Part shown: positions 1 to 7,535 of the stretch, one piece after another
Position numbering within the stretch: the first letter of the stretch is position 1
Layout: each line of letters begins with the position of its first letter
Assembly: GCA_046581755.1 (NCBI GenBank)
Contig: JAYGFR010000040.1
Coordinates: 1-16,692 of the forward strand
Direction: 5' to 3'
Source of the DNA: Nitrospinota bacterium
Lineage (GTDB): Bacteria > UBA8248
DNA length: 16,692 nucleotides
The notes under the pieces: model-generated
The model's database searches: none
What the model saw: only the letters and a program-made list of their open reading frames with translations
Told to the model about the DNA's origin: nothing
Made by a program: the position numbers and the translations under genes

Positions 1-3
1 TTT

Positions 4-27
4 GGTGGTGTCCTAATTTGAATTTTT
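4..27. repeat. Left copy of a 24-bp imperfect inverted repeat (partner at 1228-1251)
   Basis: GGTGGTGTCCTAATTTGAATTTTT; its reverse complement AAAAATTCAAATTAGGACACCACC matches 1228-1251 AAATAATCTAATTAGGACACTACC at 20/24 positions (14/15 in the outer part). Confidence 0.75.
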
Positions 28-66
28 AATTTTTCCCCACCGTGCCCTACCACACTCTCTACTTTG

Positions 67-456
67 TCAACTTCTCATCCTTTGTCGCGCGGCTTCGCGG
101 TTTCCTGTTGCGGGAACCAGCTTACCAACTTTGCCCAATCCGAAGGGTGGCATGCCGCTGTAAATTGCCTCAAACTGGCCTGGAGATATCAAGTATGTCT
201 CATGCCAGATGCCTACATCACCCAGGTTGTCTTTCATTCGTCTGTTGAAGTCGGTCCACGCCGGCCAATGAGCTTTATCCTTGTTGCGGGCGTATGCTTC
301 GAGATGGTCGAACGATTTCCAGTACTGCACAATCGGATTTCCCATAATACCGTTGTGGCCTAGAAAACCCGAACTTGGATCGGCCTCCAACTCTTTGATC
401 ATTTTCGGCATCGCTAGAACGACCGGGAGCCACCGCCATAAACGCTTGACGATCAG
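67..456 (-). pseudogene. DUF4188 family protein, 5'-truncated
   Basis: Typical DUF4188 motifs VQYWKSFDHLEAYAR, HWPAWTDFNR, GDVGIWHETY and YSGMPPFGLG. The frame extends upstream of ATG 411 as LIVKRLWRWLPVVLAMPKM, then hits TGA at 457-459. The usual N-terminal segment (..FVVFLIGMR..) is absent in all three frames. Confidence 0.7.
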
Positions 457-563
457 TCACTTTCGGACTATATTCGTCGTTGACGGTTTGCATCTGGGGG
501 CTACTCCCGGATATAAATCTAGGGCTTCGTGAGTGTGTCAGCATTTGCGAAGCCCGTTAATTA

Positions 564-669
564 GTGGTGGCCCCACCACGGTCCATCCTGACTTCCTGGG
601 GCCTGGATGGCCTTTGTGTTATGGCCCCTCATGCCGGTGATCCCGACTTGCCCGAGCATGAGGGGCTAT
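564..669. other. Cluster of three adjacent stem-loops (structured RNA/ssDNA or terminator)
   Basis: Stems GTGGTG/CACCAC (564-569/574-579), CCATCC/GGATGG (583-588/605-610) and GCCCCTCATGC/GCATGAGGGGC (624-634/656-666; perfect 11 bp, extendable to 621-669). Confidence 0.55.
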
Positions 670-714
670 TTGTTTCTCATCGTCTGATTTCCTCTCCAAA
701 ACCCCGGCTGGTCA

Positions 715-1134
715 TTATGCTTCAGGGGTTTTTATCGCCCACTTATCACCGGGAGACCGTTTGAAAAAGTTTTTCCCCCTACGAAAAGCGAGCCGAACGC
801 CGCCGGATAAAAATGCCTCATCCGACCTCTGGCGGATTTTTTGCTCTAAGATGCTGGCTTTCATTGGCCCAAATTCCTTGAGTACAAGATACGCCTGTGT
901 TGCTAGTCCCTTACCTAGGCCAGGGGGCATTTCTTTAGTGTCAGAAGTAAATAATGCCGGGGTTTCTGGCAGTGCACCCATTTGGAGGGGAACGTTGTGA
1001 ATTTTTAAAATTTAATCCAGCGCCACCATTTCATCACGAATCTGATGCATCTCATCTATAAGCCGACGGAGGGTCTGGTACCGAGCAGAAAGCTCTTGGC
1101 GACGTTTCTTTGATTTTTATTCTTGGGTGGACAA
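715..1134 (-). pseudogene. Hypothetical protein (helical N-terminus, basic winged-helix-like C-terminus) interrupted by two in-frame TAA stops
   Basis: The frame of ORF 715..981 continues upstream as LSTQE*KSKKRRQELSARYQTLRRLIDEMHQIRDEMVALD*ILKIHNVPLQMGAL, with stops at 1117-1119 and 1012-1014 and an amphipathic coiled-coil pattern. The fold assignment is inference. Confidence 0.45.
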
Positions 1135-1227
1135 GGGTTAATCTCTGAACTTCAACAAAATGAAATTTAATTAAACTTTTTTTCACCCCTATCTAATTGA
1201 TTTTAATCACAAATCGACCAATAATAC

Positions 1228-1251
1228 AAATAATCTAATTAGGACACTACC
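1228..1251. repeat. Right copy of the 24-bp imperfect inverted repeat
   Basis: AAATAATCTAATTAGGACACTACC, 20/24 identical to the reverse complement of 4-27; lies near the transition from AT-richer to GC-rich sequence. Confidence 0.75.
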
Positions 1252-1259
1252 TTTTTTTC

Positions 1260-1286
1260 TAAAGTTTATCCCGCGTTCGACGTTAA
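1260..1286 (+). promoter_or_regulatory. sigma28 (FliA)-type promoter
   Basis: TAAAGTTT (1260-1267; 8/8 to the consensus -35), 11-nt spacer, GACGTTAA (1279-1286; 6/8 to GCCGATAA), ending 47 nt before ATG 1334. Confidence 0.65.
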
Positions 1287-1333
1287 GAGATGTGCATCCA
1301 TGTTTTTCCCGGGGGGAAGAAGAAAAACGGGGC

Positions 1334-1739
1334 ATGGTGGTTCCTATTCGTTTTAGTAAATCGGCGGTTTTGCAGGCCCGAAAGACGGCCATGCAAGGCG
1401 CCACGGTTAGATCCCCAGTTCAGGGGCTGGGGTCCGGTTTTGGATTGGACAACGCTTCCAAGACAATTCTGGCCAGTGTTTCGAGTCATATGGCCGGAAA
1501 GGCGTTGGTGAGGAGCGATGCCATCGCGGCCCGCCTTCAGAACGAAGGGGGCCTGACCCAGAAACTGGCCCCGGGGCCGATCGACCAGCATGTGGTGAGC
1601 GGCCTGGCTCCGGGAAGCAGGGGATTGACGTCCGGAAATCGGTCAAATCCGATAGCCGCCGGGCTGAAAACCCTGGGAAGCTCCAAGGGGTTCCGGGAGT
1701 TCCAGGAGCTCGGGGGGGGGAGACGACATTTTGGCTTAG
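1334..1739 (+). CDS. Hypothetical low-complexity protein, probably frameshifted at a G9 tract (as written it reads through to 1846)
   Basis: ATG 1334 downstream of the sigma28-like promoter; Gly/Ser/Ala-rich. Removing one G from the run at 1712-1720 gives ...FQELGGGDDILA* (TAG 1737-1739), like the ends of the two next genes. The unshifted tail runs through hairpin and T-rich sequence. Confidence 0.5.
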
Positions 1740-1780
1740 GGCCAGGCAAGGGCTGGTTTCTTTTTGGCTGCCATGGAGGC

Positions 1781-1827
1781 GGCCCGGTTCCGCCGGGGCT
1801 TCGTTGTTTGGTTTGTTTTTATTTTTT
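1781..1827 (+). terminator. Possible intrinsic terminator
   Basis: CCCGG-TTCCG-CCGGG stem-loop (1783-1797) followed by a long T-rich tract. Confidence 0.35.
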
Positions 1828-1991
1828 CCAGATGTTTCGGAAATGAGATTATGTACCTGCCTGCCGATCTTATCGTCCGAAACCGAGAGGACTTGAGAGG
1901 GTTTGAAAAAAAAGTGGCTGCATCCGGTTGCTGCCACTCCCGTTGAGGGATAGAATTATTTTTCTCCTAAACTATCAGATTGGATATGGTC

Positions 1992-2705
1992 ATGGTTGAT
2001 CGAGTCGGGCAAACCCCGCAGCTGGGGGGGCGAAATCTTGGAGAACTCGTTGCCGCCAGGCAGAGCAAGCAGGAATTGCTGAGATCGGTCAGCGGGCCTC
2101 CTGCTACTGCGAATAAGCCTTCCGCGCCCGAACCCGAACCCGAGCAGGCGGTCGAAGGCGAAAGTCAGGTTACCAGGGCCCAGCAGCAGCGGCAGCAGTT
2201 CCAGGCCTCGGCCGCGATCCGGCAGGTGGCCCAAAACGACCTCTCCTCGAGGCTGGCGGCGATCGATTTCGCGCAGGTGCGCGAACTTGTTGGCCAAGCT
2301 CTCGCTAATTTTGAACAAGATTTCAATGCGCCCGCTCCGGACCCTCCTCCCGAACCGTCTGGAGGCGAGACCACTGTACAGCAGACGCCCGAGTCGCTCG
2401 GGCGGGGCCCCACTTTCGAGGGGAATCCCGATCCGGTCGATATCGGCGGCGCCAGGCCGTTGCCGCCTCCGGGCCGGCTTGAGATTGAACTCCCGGTGCA
2501 GAATACGCAGGCCGCGGCCGAGACCGGAAGCCCGCCGCCGGAGACCCCGCAGGGAATTGAAGCGCCCGAAGCGGTTGGCGGGCCGGCTCCCGCTCAGACC
2601 TCCGAACCGCCGCCGCCCGCCGTTCCGGAGACGCCTGTGCCCAAGAGTGCGGCCGCCGCCGAAACGCCCGGCAGCCGGGGCGATGTCGTCAACGTCGTTG
2701 CATGA
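1992..2705 (+). CDS. Hypothetical Pro/Glu/Gln-rich protein with a central amphipathic helix
   Basis: ORF 1980..2705; ATG 1992 chosen because GGA lies 7 nt upstream and it gives MVDRV, parallel to MVDSV of the next gene. Ends GSRGDVVNVVA. Confidence 0.7.
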   Translation: MVDRVGQTPQLGGRNLGELVAARQSKQELLRSVSGPPATANKPSAPEPEPEQAVEGESQVTRAQQQRQQFQASAAIRQVAQNDLSSRLAAIDFAQVRELVGQALANFEQDFNAPAPDPPPEPSGGETTVQQTPESLGRGPTFEGNPDPVDIGGARPLPPPGRLEIELPVQNTQAAAETGSPPPETPQGIEAPEAVGGPAPAQTSEPPPPAVPETPVPKSAAAAETPGSRGDVVNVVA

Positions 2706-2722
2706 CAGGGGGATGAGAAAAA

Positions 2723-2965
2723 GTGGTCGATAGCGTACAAGCGGGTGGTTCGGCCTACACAACTCCGATAGCCAAGCCTCCCTCGGGCTCGGATACGAGC
2801 GTTACGTTTCCGGTTGCGGCGAAAACGATCGCCGCCAGCCTCGGCGAGATCAATACTTTGCCTCCCAAACCCGAAAAGCTATCCGAGAGCCTGGAGAGAG
2901 CAAGCCTCGAGATGAATGTGCTCCGCAACGGCGGGAGGGGAGCCAACATCAACCTGATCACCTGA
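2723..2965 (+). CDS. Small hypothetical protein
   Basis: GTG start 17 nt after the previous stop, preceded by AGGGGGA; 80 aa ending GGRGANINLIT; followed by a terminator. Confidence 0.7.
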   Translation: MVDSVQAGGSAYTTPIAKPPSGSDTSVTFPVAAKTIAASLGEINTLPPKPEKLSESLERASLEMNVLRNGGRGANINLIT

Positions 2966-3001
2966 GCGGGGTCCAGCCCCGGTGCGCTCCCTCTCCCTCC
3001 C

Positions 3002-3024
3002 CCTCTTCCTGGAGAGGTTTTTTT
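3002..3024 (+). terminator. Intrinsic terminator
   Basis: CCTCTT-CCTG-GAGAGG hairpin followed by T7, between convergent genes. Confidence 0.55.
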
Positions 3025-3040
3025 GTCCCGCCGCCGGGAA

Positions 3041-4243
3041 TCAGGGGTGCATCTGTTTTTCGGTTTTTCCGGGTGGGCCGGGCCGCAAGCCGCCGGCGAG
3101 GCGTTCGATGATACCGGCCAGCATGGCGGCGCGGGGGACCAGCGAGGGAAGCTCGATGTACTCATCCTCGGTGTGAAGGCCCCCGCCCACCGGGCCCAGG
3201 CCGTCCAAAATGGGAACCCGCATGGGCGCCAGATAGTTTCCGTCCGCCCCCCCTCCGGTCCGGGTGTGAGAAAACGGGACGCCCGCATCCGCGGCGATCC
3301 CGCTTGCCGCCTCGAGAAGCGGCTCGGTGTCCGCCGTGGCTTCCAGGGCCGGGCGACCGCCCGTCTCCTCGAAGGCGATTCGGGTTCCATCCACCTCGGG
3401 AGTGCGGACGATTTCGGCTAGGCCGACCCGCATGTCGTCCAGCGTTTCCTGCTTCCATGCCCGAAACTCCACCGTGCAGCCGGCGGCGTCGGCCACGATG
3501 TGTGGGCGCTGGCCGCCGCTCAGGCCGGTGACGTTGACGGTGCTGCCGGGCCGGGCCAGGCCGTAGATTCGAACAATCTGCCGGGCCGCCTCCTCCACCG
3601 CGCTTCTTCCGCGTTCGGGATCGACTCCCGCGTGGGCGGCGACGCCTTCGATGGAGAGCGAGCCGATGGCGCTGCCCATCCGGGCGCTCACGACCGAGCC
3701 GTCCGCCCGCGCGGGCTCGAGGATCAGGGCGGCCGCCGCCAGCTCGCCGATCTCCTCGATCAGGCCCCGCGAGGAAGGGTTCCCGCGTTCCTCGTCCGTG
3801 TCGTAGAGGATGACGATGGTTCCGAAGTCCTCGAACCCTTCGGCGACGAGGGCCTCCATCGCGTAGAGGCCGGTGACGAGTCCGCCCTTCATATCGGCCA
3901 CGCCGGGCCCCCGGCCTCGATCCCTCTCTATCGAGAAAGGCCGCCTGGCCACCTCGCCCTCGGGGAAGACGGTGTCGCAATGCCCGATCAGGAACAGCTT
4001 GGCTTTTTCCGGGCTCTTGCCCCGGAAGCGGACGGTCAGGTGATCCCCGGTGCCGTGCGTGCCAGGGATGCGTTCCGCCTCGCCCCCGATGGCGCGGTAG
4101 CGCTCCTCGAAGTGGGAGGCGACCCTCGTCGTTCCCGCTTCGGGAAACGTGGGCGAGTCGATGGAGACGACATGCCTCAGCTCTTCGATCATATCGTTCC
4201 GCCTCGGCTCGATCCGCGCCAGAAGCTTTTTTGACCCGATCAT
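3041..4243 (-). CDS. M20 family metallopeptidase (glutamate carboxypeptidase/CPG2-like)
   Basis: Motifs GHCDTV, GPGVADMKGG, DEE, LEP, AHAG, GGGADGN and LHTEDE. ATG 4243 has a GGAG RBS and an ATGA overlap with the yqeC stop. Confidence 0.9.
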   Translation of the reverse strand: MIGSKKLLARIEPRRNDMIEELRHVVSIDSPTFPEAGTTRVASHFEERYRAIGGEAERIPGTHGTGDHLTVRFRGKSPEKAKLFLIGHCDTVFPEGEVARRPFSIERDRGRGPGVADMKGGLVTGLYAMEALVAEGFEDFGTIVILYDTDEERGNPSSRGLIEEIGELAAAALILEPARADGSVVSARMGSAIGSLSIEGVAAHAGVDPERGRSAVEEAARQIVRIYGLARPGSTVNVTGLSGGQRPHIVADAAGCTVEFRAWKQETLDDMRVGLAEIVRTPEVDGTRIAFEETGGRPALEATADTEPLLEAASGIAADAGVPFSHTRTGGGADGNYLAPMRVPILDGLGPVGGGLHTEDEYIELPSLVPRAAMLAGIIERLAGGLRPGPPGKTEKQMHP

Positions 4244-5025
4244 TTTTTTTCTCCGACAACGTAAAACAGGCCTTCCACCGAATCGCCGGCGACGCACATA
4301 TCGAAGCTCCCCTCCGGAACCGCCGACCAGACTTCCCCGGCGAGCCGGAGCCGATTGGGCGAGTCCGCGTGGCTGAGGTAGAGAATCCGCCTGGCTCCGG
4401 TCGGAAGGCGCGCGGGGTAGCTCTCGGGATGCGCCGCCAGCGCGGCCAGATGGTGCGCCTCGATGGCCTGGCCCTCTTCGAAGCCGGCGATTCGGCAGGA
4501 GGTCTCGAACCGGAAGACAATGTCCGGGCCGGCGCTTTGGCCGATGGCGCTGAGCCCCAGCACGAGAAGGCAGTGGGTGACGCCCCGGGGGATGACGGGC
4601 TCTTTTTCGGCGGGCGCCTTGATGAGGCGTTTGCGCGCGCCGTCGGTCTTGACGATGAGCACGTTCTTCCCGCTCATGGCGTGCAATCGCTCGACCTGCT
4701 CGACCGAAATTCCGAGAAACAGGTTTTTGGGCAGCTTTTTTTCCACCCACACGACCGCGCCGCGCGCGGCCCACTGGCGGGCCGCATCGCCGGCCTTTTC
4801 GCGCTCGGCCTCGCTTAACAGCAGGGCGGGGCCAGACCAGTCCTCGAGCGATTGTAAATTCGTGGTCCCCGTGACGAGGACGGGCGTCCCGTCCTCCACG
4901 TATTCGACCACGAGGCGCTTGGTGACGGTCGCCTTCCCGCCAGCGCCCATGACGGCGGCCATATCGCCGAGCTTGAGATCCAATATTTTCGAAAGGCGGG
5001 TGAGCGCGGTGGCGGCTTGGGTCAT
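4240..5025 (-). CDS. yqeC: Selenium-dependent hydroxylase accessory protein YqeC
   Basis: Family motifs GAGGK, VLVTGTT and DGARKRLIKAPAEKEPVIP; ATG 5025 is 2 nt after the ADH stop. Confidence 0.8.
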   Translation of the reverse strand: MTQAATALTRLSKILDLKLGDMAAVMGAGGKATVTKRLVVEYVEDGTPVLVTGTTNLQSLEDWSGPALLLSEAEREKAGDAARQWAARGAVVWVEKKLPKNLFLGISVEQVERLHAMSGKNVLIVKTDGARKRLIKAPAEKEPVIPRGVTHCLLVLGLSAIGQSAGPDIVFRFETSCRIAGFEEGQAIEAHHLAALAAHPESYPARLPTGARRILYLSHADSPNRLRLAGEVWSAVPEGSFDMCVAGDSVEGLFYVVGEKK

Positions 5026-5027
5026 GG

Positions 5028-6179
5028 CTAGGCGGCGGCCCGGTATATCTTCTCGATGTCCTCGAGGGACAACCCCTTGGGGTTGAAGCCGAGGAGGCGC
5101 TGCTGGGTGGTGAAGGCGGCTTCGGCCAATTCGGGGATGACGTGGGCGGGGACATCCACCTCGCTCAGCCGGGTCGGAACGCCGCAGTCCCGGCACAGTC
5201 GCTCGACCGCCCCGACCGATCGCCCGGCCGCCTCCTCAATCGGCAGGCCGCTGGTGTCCTCGCCCAGGATTTGGGCGATGCGGGCAAATTTCCCGGGGTT
5301 CGCCGGGTAGTTCACCTTCATGACGTGGGAGAACATGAGCGAGTTGCTCACCCCGTGCGGAATGTGAAACCGCGCTCCGAGGGGATAGGCCAGCGCGTGG
5401 ATGGCGCCCGCCCCCGCGCTGGTCAGGCAAACGCCCCCGTAGTGGGCGCCCAGCGCCATGTCGCCGCGCGCCTCGAGGTCGCTTCCCTCCTCGCAAACGC
5501 GGCGGAGCGAGCGGGCGATGAGCTCCATCCCCCGGATGCTGTAGTGCTCGCTCAGGTGAGAGGAGTTCGGATTCACGAAGGATTCGACGCAATGGGTGAA
5601 AGCGTCCACGCCCGAAGCCGCCGTTACCTTCTGGGGGAGGGTCAGCGTCAGCTCCGGGTCGATGATGGCCGCGTCCGGGACGATGCGCGTGCTGACGATA
5701 GCGAGCTTTACTCCTTTTTCGGGGACTGAAAAAATGGCGTTCGGCGTCGCCTCGGCGCCCGTTCCGCTCGTCGTCGGGATCAGGACGCAGGTCAGCCCCG
5801 CGTTCGGGACGAGTTCGACCCCCAGGTAGTCGCGCGGCTCGCCGGGGTTGGTGAACAGAACCGACATGGATTTTGCGAGGTCCATCGAGCTTCCGCCGCC
5901 GATTCCGACGATCATGTCGAAGCGCTCTTTTCGGAAGCGGCCGCAGGCGGATTCCAGATCGCCGATGGCCGGCTCGGGCGCGCACTCATCGTAGACGGTT
6001 ACATCGACGCCCGCCGCCCGGAGCGGGGCGATCGCCCGATCGGCGATTCCGGCGCCCACGACGCCCTTGTCGGTGAACAAAAGAGCCGTCTTTGCGCCGG
6101 CGAATTCGGCTTCCTCGCGGACCTTTTCGACCGTTCCGGCGCCGTACCAAGTGCGGACGGGATGGCGGATGCTGAACAT
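5028..6179 (-). CDS. Iron-containing alcohol dehydrogenase (group III)
   Basis: GIGGGSSMD, IPTTSGTGAE, IIDPELT and metal-ligand segments DAFTHCVE, AIHALAY and IPHG. Confidence 0.93.
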   Translation of the reverse strand: MFSIRHPVRTWYGAGTVEKVREEAEFAGAKTALLFTDKGVVGAGIADRAIAPLRAAGVDVTVYDECAPEPAIGDLESACGRFRKERFDMIVGIGGGSSMDLAKSMSVLFTNPGEPRDYLGVELVPNAGLTCVLIPTTSGTGAEATPNAIFSVPEKGVKLAIVSTRIVPDAAIIDPELTLTLPQKVTAASGVDAFTHCVESFVNPNSSHLSEHYSIRGMELIARSLRRVCEEGSDLEARGDMALGAHYGGVCLTSAGAGAIHALAYPLGARFHIPHGVSNSLMFSHVMKVNYPANPGKFARIAQILGEDTSGLPIEEAAGRSVGAVERLCRDCGVPTRLSEVDVPAHVIPELAEAAFTTQQRLLGFNPKGLSLEDIEKIYRAAA

Positions 6180-6277
6180 AAATCGAACCCCTTTCAGAGA
6201 GGATATCTGCGGCCGCTTGACGGGTCCCGGCCCCGGATCGAAGCGGGCGGGAAATGCCGCTGGATTTGCGAGAGGCC

Positions 6278-6306
6278 ATTATCCCCGCAGGACGCCGGGG
6301 GCGCAA
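6278..6306 (-). promoter_or_regulatory. Candidate sigma70 promoter for the ADH-yqeC-M20 operon
   Basis: Minus strand TTGCGC (6306-6301), 17-nt spacer, GATAAT (6283-6278), about 100 nt upstream of ATG 6179. Confidence 0.4.
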
Positions 6307-6337
6307 CGGGGGGCGAGAAGGCAGGCAGGGGGCAGGC

Positions 6338-7429
6338 TTATTCTTCCCACTTCGCGCGTGCGATGAATCTCCAGGCGTTCCGGTAGGCGAGCCGCCGGCG
6401 GGCGGCGGCGGTGAGGGCGTCCAGTATCCACGCGCGGTAGGTCCAGACGCGGGAGAGATACTCGTTGGGCCTGGAGGGCTCCATCGAGCTTCCGGTGTGG
6501 AAGTGGGCGATTCGGGCCTCGATCATCGTGCGCCATTCCGGTGAGAACCCACCGCCCGGATCGAACAGGAGATTCGCGCGGGGTGATGGGAAAATCCTCT
6601 GCCGCCGGGGCGGGCGCTGGGTCAGGATCAGGAACAGGTTCGGACGGCGCAGGGTCAGGGCGCGGAGTAGGCCATGACCGTAGCCAGGCAGCTTTGCGGA
6701 TGTGGGCAGGAGGCCCGCCCGGTTCCACATGACGGACGCCCTGGGGTGGGCGCGAAGCTGGCGCTCGAGCCAGCCCACGCCGTCATCCTCGGGCTCCATT
6801 TCGAGCCAGATGGGCGTTTTTGTCTCGGCGGAAAGGCGGAGCAGCGCCTCGAAGGCCGCCTTCTGGGTTTTGATGTCTTTCTCCCGGGCCTCTTTTTTTT
6901 CTCCCTTTAAAAATTTTCCGGGGCCCAGGTCCAACCGGACCCGGCCGATCCCGATGCTGCCCGCCTCGATCTGGGCACGGGCCGATTTCAGGAACCCTCC
7001 TCCCGGGGCCGCCCATGCCATCCCCCCGGGCGCGGCCGTGAGGGGGACCAGGCGCGCCGGATGCCGCCGTACGGCGCTTCGGATCCTCTCCGCGCTGCGG
7101 GAGGTAACCGCAGCGATCGCCACGCCGGCGCGGTCCATCTCCCCAATGAGCCGGGCGGCGGGGGTCCGGTCCGAGAGCATGACTTCCATGTCGATGATCG
7201 GGAGGCGGCCGGCTTTCAGGAAGGCCTGGACGGTCTTGCGGTAGAGGGCAATGCGCCCGGCGCGGGTGGCGGGCGGCTTGGCGGGGGCGAGACTGACCGG
7301 TCCAGGTTCGCGCGCGCATCCCGCTGTGAGCAGGCTCCACCCCAAAAGGGCAAGCGCGAGGGCGATCAGGCGAAGGATCACCCCGCGCCAACGAACGGTC
7401 CGCACAGGCGGGGCGTGCTCTTCCTTCAT
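6338..7429 (-). CDS. Putative lipoprotein with a degenerate amidohydrolase (Amidohydro_2-like) TIM barrel
   Basis: ATG 7429 with a GGAG RBS; basic N-region, hydrophobic stretch and lipobox LTAG-C. Strand motifs PIIDMEV, GIGRV, PIWLEME, VMWNRAG, PNLFL, FHTGSS and RLAYRNAWRF follow the amidohydrolase order. Confidence 0.65.
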   Translation of the reverse strand: MKEEHAPPVRTVRWRGVILRLIALALALLGWSLLTAGCAREPGPVSLAPAKPPATRAGRIALYRKTVQAFLKAGRLPIIDMEVMLSDRTPAARLIGEMDRAGVAIAAVTSRSAERIRSAVRRHPARLVPLTAAPGGMAWAAPGGGFLKSARAQIEAGSIGIGRVRLDLGPGKFLKGEKKEAREKDIKTQKAAFEALLRLSAETKTPIWLEMEPEDDGVGWLERQLRAHPRASVMWNRAGLLPTSAKLPGYGHGLLRALTLRRPNLFLILTQRPPRRQRIFPSPRANLLFDPGGGFSPEWRTMIEARIAHFHTGSSMEPSRPNEYLSRVWTYRAWILDALTAAARRRLAYRNAWRFIARAKWEE

Positions 7430-7535
7430 CGCTCGCTCCCGCTCAAAAGGCGGTGATTCGGGGCATTGAGAGCTCTCCCGTTCTCTCGGAACACGCACTT
7501 ATGCGCCGTTGGTCGGAACACGCGCTTAGGCGCCG

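Noticed and set aside
457..459. In-frame TGA upstream of DUF4188 as possible selenocysteine (prompted by yqeC)
   Set aside because: Read-through gives HTHEALDLYPGVAPRCKPSTTNIVRK, which is unlike the DUF4188 N-terminus and has no start codon before the next stop.
3041..5155. 704-aa ORF suggesting a long N-terminal extension or a YqeC-M20 fusion via the A8 run at 4243-4250
   Set aside because: The extension is Arg/Pro/Gly-rich off-frame translation over yqeC. M20 has its own GGAG RBS and an ordinary ATGA overlap, so -1 frameshifting is not needed to explain it.
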